Source of the DNA: a virus
Reading direction: 5' to 3' (one strand)
IMG/VR virus record: IMGVR_UViG_3300029267_002377
Location: 1-64,000 of that record
DNA length: 64,000 nt
The notes beneath the pieces are model-generated. The model was not told the origin of the DNA. It did not search any database and worked only from the letters and a program-made list of their open reading frames with translations. This document shows, one piece after another, positions 9,683 through 19,938 of this stretch (positions are counted from its first letter, which is position 1; each line of letters opens with the position of its first letter). The translations under genes and the position numbers were made by a program.

Positions 9683-10037
9683 ACCAATGAACCTCCGGAA
9701 CGGCTTAAAGGCTATCTGTGTGGTGGCGAGGCACTTAGATCAGTTGGCTCCTTACATTCTAGCTTTCCAGAAGGAAAAAAATCCTCAAGTTAAACTAACT
9801 CTATTATCAAAAGCCCTCACTGAAGTAGTGGAAGAGAACACAGAAAGTGTAGTGGCATTTATGGCCTATGCGTTAGGGATCCCAACGTCTGAGGCTGGGG
9901 AGTTGGATTTTCATTATGTGCTCGAAGTACTCCCAGAGATCCTAAAAGTCAATCATCTTGATCGACTTATGGACGCAGCGATTAAACTTAATTTGGTCGA
10001 ACCAAAGCAGGGTATAAAATTATGGTTTCTTAAATAA
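9669..10037 (+). CDS. Probable tail assembly chaperone / hypothetical
   Basis: Lies between tube and tape measure genes. Confidence 0.45.
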   Translation: MQMVEPMNLRNGLKAICVVARHLDQLAPYILAFQKEKNPQVKLTLLSKALTEVVEENTESVVAFMAYALGIPTSEAGELDFHYVLEVLPEILKVNHLDRLMDAAIKLNLVEPKQGIKLWFLK

Positions 10038-12619
10038 TGCCAGGTGAACCTGTAGAGACGTTATTCGTCGAATTGATCGCAAGAACAGACAAGTTAATAG
10101 AAGAAGCACAACGTGCCCGAGACGTGGCAAAAAAGCGGATGGAAGAGATCAGCAAAGATGCAGAAGGGACTGAGAAATCCTTCCTATCTGTAGGTGAGGC
10201 GATTAAGATCGCTTTCGCTTTTAAGGGCGTCCAGATGTTTCTCGGAGTTTTGAAACAGGTGGGAGCTACACTCCTCGGAATAACTCAGCAAGCCGTTGGC
10301 TTAGCTAGCGGGATGCAAGGGGTTACACTAACGTTCAACCGCCTTCTGGGCAGCGAAGTCAAGGCTCAAGAATTCCTGGAGGCGATGAGAGAAGAGGCAT
10401 CCAAAACCGGGCAGAGCGTCGTAGATATGGCCTTGGCTGCTAAGCAGTTCCTACCTTACGCCGAGGGAAGCAAGGATGCCTTCCTCGATATGATTCGAGC
10501 CCAGCAGGGGTTGGCAGCAGCAGATCCAATTCAGGGTATGATAGGGGCTGCGTTCGCCTTGCGTGAGTTTTTGTCTGGTAGCTATACCTCTCTGGCTATG
10601 AGGTTCGAGCTCCCAAAGAAAAAGCTGGCTGAGATTACCAAGATGCAAGGCACCATGGAAGAAAAAATGGCAGCCCTAAACCAGCTCCTAGAGGAGTATG
10701 GTATGGGTTGGGGCCTTGTTCAAGATCAGTTGGGAACATTTGCTGGTCAGATGGGGTTCTTGCGCGGGCTCTGGAGTGAGGTGCTGCTTGAGTTTGGGAA
10801 ACCAGTATTTGCTGAACTAGAAGACGCACTTAAGGGGGTAGTAGGCTGGGTCAAGGAAAATAAAGAAGAGATCATCGCCACTGCAGTTAAACTAGGTGAG
10901 CTTGTGGCGACACTATTATCAAATATGTGGGATCTAGCTTCTAGGGTTGCCGACTTTGTGAGTTTCTTAGTCGAGAGTAGAGATGAGGTCGCAGCTATAC
11001 TCGATTTTGTAATAAAACTCAACCCAGTCACTCAGGGTCTGGTAGAGGCATGGGGATTGATTGCAATGAAGATTGGGCTAACTTCTGACTACCTTGATAA
11101 CATATCCGCCAAACCGACTGCTCTTATTACTAGCTTCCAACAGTTGGGTTTTGTTATTACAAACGCAGTCTTGTCTCAGATCGATCAGTTAATTATTGAT
11201 GTTTTGATGTTAGCAGATTTAATTGATCGGATCCGACGAGGGGAGGGAATCAGGGGATTTGCTGAGCGGAAACGCACACTAGAGGAGGCGTTTAAGAGGA
11301 GTCGAATACAGACTGTCCGTAAGATGTGGGGGTTAGAACCAACAGCAAAAGCTCCAAAGGAAGCTCCTGAAGAAGAACCGACGGAAAAGGCTCCTCCTGG
11401 TCTAGATGAGAAGGCTGAGAAAGCGGCCCTCAAAGGCGCCAAGAAGATCGAAGATATTATCAAAGATCACCAAAAGCGCGTCGAGAAGTTAAACCAAGAT
11501 CACAGCAAAAAGCTGGCCGATATCGATAAGAAGTACCAAAAGCAGCATGAAAAAGCAATCGAGAAAGCCCAAAAGAGTGAAGCCGACGCAATCTCAGATT
11601 ATCAAAAAGATTTAACTCGGATCCGGGAGGAGTACAACCGAGAGAAAGTTGACGAACAAGAGGACTTTAACAGGCAGTGGAAACGGCTCATCCGCGACCA
11701 GCATCAGGAGGTTATTGATGCCGAGTGGGAGTTCCAGTTTGAGGAGGAGCGCTTAATTGCTGAAGGTGACACTCTCGCCCTAAGGGAGTTGAGGCTTCGG
11801 TACGCCCACGAAAAGGATGTCCGGGCTCGGGAGCAAGAAGATGCTCGGTCTGATATGCAAGAGGACCGAGAGACACAACGCCAGGAGCGAGAGCAGGACT
11901 TCCGGCGTGAGATGGCGGATCGGGAATCCCAATTCCAGGAGCGGATGTCTGACATCCAAACCCAACTCCAAGAGACACTTTCTACCATTGCTGAGAATGC
12001 AGCAGAAGCTCGAGCTACAGAACAGCAAAACTACCAAGAGCGGATGAACGACCTCCTCCAAAGCCGTGATGAAAAACTCCAGGCGGTGGGCGAATCTCTG
12101 ATGTCTGAGAAAGATATGAATACAGAAACAGCCAACACCATAATGAACCTATGGCGAGAAGCTTATGGAGATTATGTGGATCAAGTCCAACTTGGAATAG
12201 ACGCAGATCAGCGGCGTAGAGAGAGCTTAGGTTTGCTGAAGAAGGAGGCCAAAGAAACGGCAGAGGCTTTGGAGGAGATAGCCGATGCGGATCCTTGGAG
12301 TGTATCTGCTGCTCGGCGTCGCCAGGAGGAAAGAACAGGGCGTTCTCCTACGGGCCGAGGTGAGATTGAGTTTGCTCAACATGGCTTAGACGCAGTATTT
12401 TCAAGACCTACCACCCTAGTTGTGGGCGAAGGGGGAGTGGCAGAGCACGTCCGAGTGACTCCTTTGACCGGTGGTGCTGTTGGAGGAGGTCGGGTATCTG
12501 TGGATGTATCTGGAAGTATCAATGTCACTGGGAGCGCCCTATCCCCTGAGGCCGCTAATATGTTAATCATCGGAGTAACAGAAGCAATAGAGGAAGGGAT
12601 TTCGAGGAGGCCTGACTAA
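10037..12619 (+). CDS. Tape measure protein
   Basis: 860 aa helical/coiled-coil protein; N-terminal L-x-VEL-x-A-x-T; C-terminal PTTLVVGEGG-x-x-E motif. Confidence 0.88.
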   Translation: MPGEPVETLFVELIARTDKLIEEAQRARDVAKKRMEEISKDAEGTEKSFLSVGEAIKIAFAFKGVQMFLGVLKQVGATLLGITQQAVGLASGMQGVTLTFNRLLGSEVKAQEFLEAMREEASKTGQSVVDMALAAKQFLPYAEGSKDAFLDMIRAQQGLAAADPIQGMIGAAFALREFLSGSYTSLAMRFELPKKKLAEITKMQGTMEEKMAALNQLLEEYGMGWGLVQDQLGTFAGQMGFLRGLWSEVLLEFGKPVFAELEDALKGVVGWVKENKEEIIATAVKLGELVATLLSNMWDLASRVADFVSFLVESRDEVAAILDFVIKLNPVTQGLVEAWGLIAMKIGLTSDYLDNISAKPTALITSFQQLGFVITNAVLSQIDQLIIDVLMLADLIDRIRRGEGIRGFAERKRTLEEAFKRSRIQTVRKMWGLEPTAKAPKEAPEEEPTEKAPPGLDEKAEKAALKGAKKIEDIIKDHQKRVEKLNQDHSKKLADIDKKYQKQHEKAIEKAQKSEADAISDYQKDLTRIREEYNREKVDEQEDFNRQWKRLIRDQHQEVIDAEWEFQFEEERLIAEGDTLALRELRLRYAHEKDVRAREQEDARSDMQEDRETQRQEREQDFRREMADRESQFQERMSDIQTQLQETLSTIAENAAEARATEQQNYQERMNDLLQSRDEKLQAVGESLMSEKDMNTETANTIMNLWREAYGDYVDQVQLGIDADQRRRESLGLLKKEAKETAEALEEIADADPWSVSAARRRQEERTGRSPTGRGEIEFAQHGLDAVFSRPTTLVVGEGGVAEHVRVTPLTGGAVGGGRVSVDVSGSINVTGSALSPEAANMLIIGVTEAIEEGISRRPD

Positions 12620-12963
12620 TGGCTACATTTGCTATAAACGGATCGAGTACAATCGCCCAGCCGGAATCTGTCACTCCTATCGAATATAACCAAATCGGTA
12701 CTCGAACTGACGGTGCTGGGATTTGGAATGAGGTCGGCAAGGTCGTCTGGGAGAGATCTTCTTGCGATTTGACTCAACTCCAATCGTGGACGCAATACCA
12801 ACAGTCCGTCTTAACTTCCTTTGACACTCTGGTGAATGGTGCTATCCAGAGAATCACAAGCCCTACTATGGGTCGAGTTGAGTACCGAGTGGCTGACCCT
12901 TCTGGAAACTCCTCAATGAGATTTACCAACGTTAGGGTCGAGTTTTGGAATGTTAACGTCTAA
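12619..12963 (+). CDS. Distal tail-like protein
   Basis: Directly after the tape measure gene; RTDG motif. Confidence 0.55.
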   Translation: MATFAINGSSTIAQPESVTPIEYNQIGTRTDGAGIWNEVGKVVWERSSCDLTQLQSWTQYQQSVLTSFDTLVNGAIQRITSPTMGRVEYRVADPSGNSSMRFTNVRVEFWNVNV

Positions 12964-13169
12964 CTCTAGCAGACGGGCGCAGACTAGTTAAGCTTCCAAT
13001 GTGTGTATAAAATGACACCCCCCGAATTATAGGGGAGTTTTGAGTGTTTTTCTTTATACACTGAAAGATATTAAAGGGGATTTTTACACAATTACTAAAG
13101 AAACTTTAGCACAACTGTAAAAATCAAGCAGCCAGAAGGACTGGAAAAATTTAAACAGATTTCACAGAT

Positions 13170-14003
13170 ATGGGAACCTCACTCAGTGACCTCCAAAAAA
13201 CAAGGCTAATTGCCACCAAACTCGCAGGAGAGATGGAAGTAATCCTCGGACCCGTAGTGAGCCCGAGGTTCTTTTGTTGTACTGCTGGAAACGTAACGGG
13301 AGTAGTCAAAGAGCCAGTTGCGGTTATTAGCTTGACTCCTACAGTCATCTGTGTGAACGACTCTGTGACCTACGATGGGAGAAGCTCGTACGACCCAGAC
13401 GGAACAGTAACCAGCTACTCTTGGTCCTTTGGCGACGGCGGGTCATCCAACGCATCCAACGGAACCCACCAGTACACTTCAGCAGGGACTTACACTGTCA
13501 CCCTAACAGTTACAGATGGAACTGGGCTCCAAGGCAGTGCCTATGCGCAGGTCGTAGTTAATACATCTTTGGTTACAGACATTTTCATTGGCCACAAATC
13601 CGCTGGTGTTTTTTATATGGAGTATAGTAGCTGCTCTGGAGGTACTTGGGAGTCGAAGAACACCGGTTTGACAGGAAACTGGCTAAATGTGCGGGATATG
13701 AAAATAGATCCTGCTACTAAATATGATTACGTTAAGACTCTTTGGATCGCGACTCAGGCGGGGGTGGCTAGGAGTACTGATGAAGGAACTAGTTGGACTC
13801 AGTTTACCATGTCTACTCCTGAGAACGATGCAGGAGATTCCCCTGCTCCCGCTGTAAGCGATTTGGATTGGTACTGTATTGCATTTAACCCAGCTTACGA
13901 GGATGAGGTCTATGTGCTAGCCGGGTCGGCTACTCGGGTGTGGGTTTATTGGACAGATGATTACGGGACAACTTGGTATAACTGGCAAGTACGTTTTGCA
14001 TAG
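13170..14003 (+). CDS. Tail protein with PKD domain and BNR/Asp-box repeats
   Basis: SYDPDG-x-x-x-SYSWSFGDG...H-x-Y...GTYTVTLTVTD; STDEGTSW and TDDYGTTW Asp boxes. Confidence 0.85.
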   Translation: MGTSLSDLQKTRLIATKLAGEMEVILGPVVSPRFFCCTAGNVTGVVKEPVAVISLTPTVICVNDSVTYDGRSSYDPDGTVTSYSWSFGDGGSSNASNGTHQYTSAGTYTVTLTVTDGTGLQGSAYAQVVVNTSLVTDIFIGHKSAGVFYMEYSSCSGGTWESKNTGLTGNWLNVRDMKIDPATKYDYVKTLWIATQAGVARSTDEGTSWTQFTMSTPENDAGDSPAPAVSDLDWYCIAFNPAYEDEVYVLAGSATRVWVYWTDDYGTTWYNWQVRFA

Positions 14004-14029
14004 AGTTGTCAATATGAGAGGATACTTTT

Positions 14030-15568
14030 ATGGCGTGGGCTAATGATTCTGGGCCACATAGAGCAAAACAATTTTTCATCTACGGTGGTAAACTCTGGTG
14101 TCAGGGAGGCACTTCCGATGGTGACCGTGGGCTGTATGAGCGGACGGGTGATGCTACTTGGACAAAAAGGAATCCCGCAGGAGCTTCTGACCTAGAACGC
14201 GTTTTCATTTGGAACGGCCGAATCTGGGGGGCATCCATCAACGATCTGTACTACACCACAAACGGAACGAGCTGGACTAAGGATCTAGATGTTTCAACTG
14301 TAGATGCTGCGTACACAATACGCAGCGCCAATGCGTACGGAAGCTATTTATATATTGTGTGTGGAAAACTGATTGGACACTTAATCCAAGAAGCTCACTT
14401 CTCCAGAAGAACGTTGGGGGGAAGTTGGTCTCACGATGTCCATACCTCATACACTGTAGGTGGGTCGAATAGTATATCTTCGTATGATATTATCAAATTT
14501 GGAACTTATACATATTGGTCAACAGTTATTGGTGGCGAAGGAACTCTCATAAAACGAGTTGTGGGAGCGGGGGCTTGGCAAGATGAACCAACAGTTTCTA
14601 GCCTGGGATACTCAGCTTTCTACACACACAGCGGAGCCCTCTACGCAGTTAGCTATACTCAAGATGAGATCTGGAGGTATGTAGGAAGCTGGACCGAAGA
14701 CCTAGACCCACCTGGGGTGCTGACAACGGGAGCTGCGGAGTTGTCAGGAGGGTCAGACGGGAACCTTTGGATTGGAGTTGACAAAGGATCCACTGCGCAG
14801 CTTTACACCCGATCTGGAGGGAGTTGGTCAACTGCTGTATCTGCTCTTAGTGAATCTGCAGGCTGTGGGGGAATAAAGTGGGACTCTGTTACTTGGTATA
14901 TGGGTGGTGGCGACAATATTTTCCGAAACGGCCCCACTTACACCCTGTCCCCAATCGGTGCTGGCTCAGATCTTCCACCACAATCTATGGATGTAGACGG
15001 GGATGGAGACATTTTGTACCTAGGGATTTATGACTCCTCAAACAACCCTATTATGGTCACAGCAGACCTCCCACTTGTAGATGACCATGTGGGGACCAAA
15101 GCCTTTGACCCAGGAGCAGGGGACTCGATCAATGTCAAAGCAACAGAGTATACCGGTGAGCGGGTAGTTATCTCTGGGTATTTTGGAAATAACGAACAAA
15201 CAGAGTTGTCTACAGATGGTGGAGCTACTACAACCGGAATTGACCCCGGTTCTTGGGGAACCAGCCGAGCCCAGCCTATTGCCATAGACCCAAACGATGA
15301 TAACCATGTATACCTAGCTTTGGATGGAAACGACGACTTGGTTGAAACGGACGATGTAGCAAGCTGGTCAACTTTAGATGCTGCACTTCCTTATGACCTC
15401 TCGGCTATCGCTGTTTTGGATGAAGATCCCAATGAGATTGTCATTGCTCGAACCGATGCGGGAGCGCAGTTAATCCAACACTCCCCCAACCAAGGAACTA
15501 CCTGGACCGATATTACTGGGACATTGGATGTTACTGCTGGTATAGCTAACGTAGAAATCACCACATGA
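14030..15568 (+). CDS. Beta-propeller tail protein
   Basis: Repeated Trp-terminated blades (GDATW, NGTSW, GGSW) and Asp-box-like STDGG and SPNQGTTW. Confidence 0.7.
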   Translation: MAWANDSGPHRAKQFFIYGGKLWCQGGTSDGDRGLYERTGDATWTKRNPAGASDLERVFIWNGRIWGASINDLYYTTNGTSWTKDLDVSTVDAAYTIRSANAYGSYLYIVCGKLIGHLIQEAHFSRRTLGGSWSHDVHTSYTVGGSNSISSYDIIKFGTYTYWSTVIGGEGTLIKRVVGAGAWQDEPTVSSLGYSAFYTHSGALYAVSYTQDEIWRYVGSWTEDLDPPGVLTTGAAELSGGSDGNLWIGVDKGSTAQLYTRSGGSWSTAVSALSESAGCGGIKWDSVTWYMGGGDNIFRNGPTYTLSPIGAGSDLPPQSMDVDGDGDILYLGIYDSSNNPIMVTADLPLVDDHVGTKAFDPGAGDSINVKATEYTGERVVISGYFGNNEQTELSTDGGATTTGIDPGSWGTSRAQPIAIDPNDDNHVYLALDGNDDLVETDDVASWSTLDAALPYDLSAIAVLDEDPNEIVIARTDAGAQLIQHSPNQGTTWTDITGTLDVTAGIANVEITT

Positions 15569-16635
15569 GAACTTACAAAACTGTAGAAATTCAACAACTA
15601 AACGGAGATATAGACCGGGGTGGGTGGCAGATTCGGGGCACTATTTTCAATGACGGAGATGCCATAGACGAGAACGAGAAGGTCCAGGTCTTTGTGCGGC
15701 TAAAGGCGGATGGGGCCTGGGACTTTAATTTTTACCGGCGGTTTGTGGGCTATGCCCTGCCCCAGAACATCCGCCGCTATCACGACCGGTCTGAGACTAC
15801 TTTCATCGCCAATACCTCTGATGCTTACTTGAAACGAGGTCGGGTCCAAGGTATTTACTTCACGGAACAAGCAGCTCCTGCTAATGAGCATCAGATGACC
15901 AACTTGACCTCTGGGAAGGTCGTAGATCACATTATAGACGACCACACCAACATGGGTCCGTCTACTCCTGCTCCCAACGGCTGGCTCGACATCTCAGATA
16001 TTGACCAGACAAACTCCGCCGACTTAACTGTTCTGGCTCTTCACGAGGGAATTATTTGGGAGCGGATTCGGCAGTTGGCAGAGAATGAGTTTTACATCTG
16101 CTACTGTGACAAAGAAGATCAATTTCACTACATCCCCCACCCAGCCTTCGATGCGGTCTTGCCGGCTGTTACAATGGTGTGGGACGATGATTTTTTCACT
16201 GAGCCTTTAGAGATTATCCCCCGAACAGATGCTCGAGTCAACCAAGTCATTCTCAAAGCTTTAACAGACAGTGGGACAATTCTGACATCGTCCTATCCCA
16301 CAAACCCTGCGGTCACTGAACCCGAGGCGTATGGGGAGAAACTAGAACTCACTCGGTTACGTTGCAACACTCAAGCGCAGCTTGACCTCTGGGCCAAGAG
16401 ACGGTACCAGTGGGAGAACAGGGATTACACCGTACGAGTCAACCGCGCTGGGTTGGCAGGAGTTATGTTCGAGCTAATGGATCGGATCCAAATCACCTAT
16501 TCCAGTGCTGAGGATGGAATTAGCTGGAGCCAGAAAGATTTTTTCATTCATAAGATCGCAGTGAACTACAATCAGAAAGAGCGGATTGGAAACTCAACTT
16601 TCGTCTTAGAAGAAGCAGCAGATACGAGTTTATAA
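15565..16635 (+). CDS. Baseplate hub / tail tip protein
   Basis: Position; ELMDRIQI...F-x-I-x-x-I pattern typical of hub proteins. Confidence 0.55.
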   Translation: MRTYKTVEIQQLNGDIDRGGWQIRGTIFNDGDAIDENEKVQVFVRLKADGAWDFNFYRRFVGYALPQNIRRYHDRSETTFIANTSDAYLKRGRVQGIYFTEQAAPANEHQMTNLTSGKVVDHIIDDHTNMGPSTPAPNGWLDISDIDQTNSADLTVLALHEGIIWERIRQLAENEFYICYCDKEDQFHYIPHPAFDAVLPAVTMVWDDDFFTEPLEIIPRTDARVNQVILKALTDSGTILTSSYPTNPAVTEPEAYGEKLELTRLRCNTQAQLDLWAKRRYQWENRDYTVRVNRAGLAGVMFELMDRIQITYSSAEDGISWSQKDFFIHKIAVNYNQKERIGNSTFVLEEAADTSL

Positions 16636-18083
16636 TGTCTGATGAAGTCAGTGTGCGAAATGCAGTAGATAGTTTAATAGACTCTCTCCACCAATGGCTA
16701 ACTCAGTTGGTTTGGTACCCAGGATGCTTGGTCACTAGTGTTGCCGATGCAGATGACGGGTATATCGTTTGTCAAATCTCGGGCGGAACCAACCAGCAAT
16801 GCGGCTGGAAGAAACTATTTTCAATCGCAGTTGGGGACTACGTGGATGTGCTCTACGACCCTCGCTCAATGCGGTGGGAGGTTTTCAAACCCGGCGGTTC
16901 TGTGATTTGGTCAACTTCTAACTGGAACTTGGGATCTGATTGCCTCCGGGCTGAGTACACGAACAATGCCACAGGAACGTTGTCGTTAGGCGAGGTAGTG
17001 GTCTTCGATTCCACTAAGGACAATTCCGTCACCACCACTACCTCCTCGGGAGATATAGATGTAGCTGGGGTTGTTTTGGTCGGCGGAGCCTCTGGGTCAC
17101 TCGTCCAGGTTGCAGTCCTAGGCCGAGCTCCTGTCTATGTGGATGGGAACGTCACTCGCGGGCAGTTTCTCAAGACTAGTGCTGCAAGAGGGTTTGCTAC
17201 ACCCACTGCAACGTTCGACCAAGGAGTTTTCGGGGTTGCTCTCACTGCGAATGCTGCGGGTTCTTCTGGTACTGTGGACGCGTTTCTCGTTGGGCACTGT
17301 TGGGAAGGAGCGGGTGGAGGTGGGGGAGGGGCTCCCACTGATGCCCAATACGTGACTCTGGCGGCCGACGCTACTCTAACTCAAGAGAGAATCCTCACTC
17401 AGGGGACCGGTATTAGCATCGCAGATGGTGGGGCAGGCGGAAATGTAACAGTTACTTTGGGAGACCACGCCCATACTGCCGCGGCAGGCCAAGGTGGTCA
17501 GTTAGATTGGGATAACATATGGTCCGATGCTGTCCACGACCACAGCTCCGCAGCCGAGGGCGGCGATGAGATAATCCCCAATCGCATTGGCCTAGGAACT
17601 TCTGTTGCCGACCAGGACGGGACTCTGGCGTTGTCTGAGGCGACTGCTCCAACCAATGCAGCCAACGAAGGTCGACTCTATGCCAAAGATGTTAGCGCCG
17701 ATACCGAACTGTTCTATATGGATGACGATGGAAATGAGGCACAACTTACTCAGTATGGGTCGGTAAGGTTCTATTCTTATAGGCTCTGTAGCGGCGCTAT
17801 GCACTGGGACTACAGCGCCGTTGATAATATTGCCACAGGTGTCATTACCAACGGGTCTGAGGACGTAACGGAGGTAATGTGGGCGAACTCGATTGCTACC
17901 GAGAACACAGGAGCGGGGAAGGAGCAGCACCAGTGCTGGTTAGAACCCGGAGAAAGCTATAATATCTATGACGATGGTGTAGATACCGTGGCGTTGTCAG
18001 TAAACGCCGATGGCAGTGTTTGGGTACAAAGAACAGCGGGAGCGGACACGTTCAAGGTTGCACTGTGGCTAATGTGGGTTTAA
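16635..18083 (+). CDS. Tail fibre / receptor-binding protein
   Basis: DUF2190-like segment, Gly-rich linker, APTDAQYVTL and HDHS motifs. Confidence 0.7.
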   Translation: MSDEVSVRNAVDSLIDSLHQWLTQLVWYPGCLVTSVADADDGYIVCQISGGTNQQCGWKKLFSIAVGDYVDVLYDPRSMRWEVFKPGGSVIWSTSNWNLGSDCLRAEYTNNATGTLSLGEVVVFDSTKDNSVTTTTSSGDIDVAGVVLVGGASGSLVQVAVLGRAPVYVDGNVTRGQFLKTSAARGFATPTATFDQGVFGVALTANAAGSSGTVDAFLVGHCWEGAGGGGGGAPTDAQYVTLAADATLTQERILTQGTGISIADGGAGGNVTVTLGDHAHTAAAGQGGQLDWDNIWSDAVHDHSSAAEGGDEIIPNRIGLGTSVADQDGTLALSEATAPTNAANEGRLYAKDVSADTELFYMDDDGNEAQLTQYGSVRFYSYRLCSGAMHWDYSAVDNIATGVITNGSEDVTEVMWANSIATENTGAGKEQHQCWLEPGESYNIYDDGVDTVALSVNADGSVWVQRTAGADTFKVALWLMWV

Positions 18084-18102
18084 CCTATAAGGAGAAACCC
18101 AC

Positions 18103-18255
18103 ATCCTAAACGAACAAGAACTCATGGCACTAGTGCAGCTACTCAACAGGACGCCAATGTCGCAGGCGGAACTCATGTGGGCGCAGAGCCTACTCAACAA
18201 GCTGCGGGCAGCCGCAGCAAAGGAGGATACAAATGTCAAGCAAGATAACAGTTGA
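18103..18255 (+). CDS. Small fibre-associated protein (not in ORF track)
   Basis: AAGGAG RBS, then in-frame ATC (18103) or ATG (18124): ...QELMALVQLLNRTPMSQAELMWAQSLL; paralog at 19561. Confidence 0.55.
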   Translation: MLNEQELMALVQLLNRTPMSQAELMWAQSLLNKLRAAAAKEDTNVKQDNS

Positions 18256-19543
18256 TGCAGTGGATGTTGACGGCAACGCCGATGCCGTGATTCTGGATAC
18301 CGACGGTGATACCACGCTATCAGCACCTACCGATGACCAGATAGATTTTGAGGCTGGCGGGTCTGATGTTGCAACGCTGGATGCGAGCGCACTTACTTCG
18401 ACAGTCAATGTCGTCCTAGATGACGGTGCGGGGGATAGTCCGCAGTTGCAATTTGTGGGTGGAAGCAATGATGATACGGCCATATTCTACCTGGCTGACG
18501 ACGCAGTGGCCGGGAACAGCTCTGTGGGGTGGAAATTGTGTGACCAGCAAGACAGCTATCTTTTTACACAGGACTCTACTGGCGCCGATCTGTTTACTGT
18601 TTATGCCTCTGGGAAAATACAGGTCTGGAAAGGCCCTTTGTGGCTTGGGGGCGTTGCAGACTGTCTACAATTAGATGCTGCCCAGGAAACTAGCATCAGT
18701 GATCCAACGGGCGGCAGGATGGATTTTGAGGTGGCCGCCGCTGACCAAATCCACTTGGTAGATGGCAAGCTGTACCCAAATACAGACAATGATGTGGACT
18801 TGGGGGATGCCACGCATGGGTGGGGGGCCGTCTATGTGGCGGGGGATGTGTATGCTGAGAAGGATGAGGCGGGGCTATTCAAAAGGGCGCATAATTTCCT
18901 AATTGATCCACAAGAGGATTTTGACGGGAGTGATTTTGAGTGGCTAACTACTGGGTGGGCTGGCGGAGCTGTTTTTGATGGTACACCAGATGGCCTAGAC
19001 TTTTCGGCAATTCCTGAGAGCTGTGTGTTGCTGACCGATAGTGTTCAAAATGACTTCTTTTATCGCTATCGGAGCATTGGTGATCCGTCCGGTGGCGATT
19101 GGGAAGTTTACATGCGAGTCGCAAGCGTTTGGGGTTCAGATGTAGCTATCCGCATAGATGCTGGCAGTGATGCCAACGAAAATGATTTTGGGGAATTGAT
19201 TGTCAGTCATACAGATGGCCAGACCACAATGGATATAAAGCGAAGGTATCAGGAAAATGGCGGGGGTATCACTTCTAGCACATTGTTGAGCACCATCCCG
19301 TGCGGTCCGGTTGCTATCCGTATTACAGCGGGTGCACCCAATGTTATCTATGTCTATTACGGATTTGGCGATGCCCCATATAATCGCTTGACATTTCTTG
19401 GTAGCAATATCGGCGATTTGGACAATTGGGGTTCGGCAGCCTCCAGAATTGGGATTTCCTATAAGAGAACATCCGCGAGTGCCTCCGGTACTCGCGTGGC
19501 TTGCATAGACTTTTTCCATACCACTGGATTGACACCATCCTAG
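18233..19543 (+). CDS. Second tail fibre / receptor-binding protein
   Basis: LDxDGDT/QIDFE repeats, P-x-TDN-x-x-DLG...W motif, C-terminal lectin-like beta domain. Confidence 0.7.
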   Translation: MSSKITVDAVDVDGNADAVILDTDGDTTLSAPTDDQIDFEAGGSDVATLDASALTSTVNVVLDDGAGDSPQLQFVGGSNDDTAIFYLADDAVAGNSSVGWKLCDQQDSYLFTQDSTGADLFTVYASGKIQVWKGPLWLGGVADCLQLDAAQETSISDPTGGRMDFEVAAADQIHLVDGKLYPNTDNDVDLGDATHGWGAVYVAGDVYAEKDEAGLFKRAHNFLIDPQEDFDGSDFEWLTTGWAGGAVFDGTPDGLDFSAIPESCVLLTDSVQNDFFYRYRSIGDPSGGDWEVYMRVASVWGSDVAIRIDAGSDANENDFGELIVSHTDGQTTMDIKRRYQENGGGITSSTLLSTIPCGPVAIRITAGAPNVIYVYYGFGDAPYNRLTFLGSNIGDLDNWGSAASRIGISYKRTSASASGTRVACIDFFHTTGLTPS

Positions 19544-19560
19544 AAAGGATTTGACAAAAA

Positions 19561-19661
19561 ATGACCAGACAAGAATTGACGGCGCTAATCCAAATTGCGA
19601 ACCGTGCGCCAAAACACTGGCGGAGCAGTTGTGGTTGCAAACTTTGATTGATACAAACTGA
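19561..19661 (+). pseudogene. Frameshifted paralog of 18103-18255
   Basis: MTRQELTALIQIANRAPK continues as TLAEQLWLQTLIDTN only after a 1-nt shift in an A run. Confidence 0.55.
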
Positions 19662-19683
19662 GACCCCACCTCAGGGGGAGGAA

Positions 19684-19938
19684 TTAGAATAGCGCTTCCC
19701 TGTTTAGCTCGCCTTGTTTGATCCTCACTGCCGCAATATGAGAACAGACGCCTCTCATTTGGAACCCAGTGCAGTCACAAGTGTAGAAGAGCTTTTCCTT
19801 CTTTACTAGGTGTGCTTCATGCCCGGGTTGCCAAACTAGCCAACCGTCTTCTTGTGTTTGGACGTGTAGGTTCCCACCTCGTTTTATCATTGACGGGGTG
19901 GGAAACGGGTGTGTTACATCAGGTGGTTTTATTCCCAT
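19684..19938 (-). CDS. SWIM zinc-finger protein
   Basis: YTCDC...CSHI motif. Confidence 0.8.
   Translation of the reverse strand: MGIKPPDVTHPFPTPSMIKRGGNLHVQTQEDGWLVWQPGHEAHLVKKEKLFYTCDCTGFQMRGVCSHIAAVRIKQGELNREALF

Noticed and set aside
9600-9700. Programmed frameshift between tail chaperone genes
   Set aside because: No clear X XXY YYZ slippery site at the junction, and the second ORF has its own plausible start.
11704-12061. Antisense ORFs within the tape measure gene and similar shadow ORFs (19136-19669, 60380-61138, 23636-24215)
   Set aside because: They lie opposite well-supported genes and have no motifs or RBS.
12964-13169. AT-rich gap in the tail operon as a mobile element or intron
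   Set aside because: No terminal repeats, ORF or recognisable intron core; only a weak hairpin.
16635-19543. Diversity-generating retroelement or invertible tail-fibre system
   Set aside because: No reverse transcriptase, invertase or TR/VR repeat pair seen in the window.
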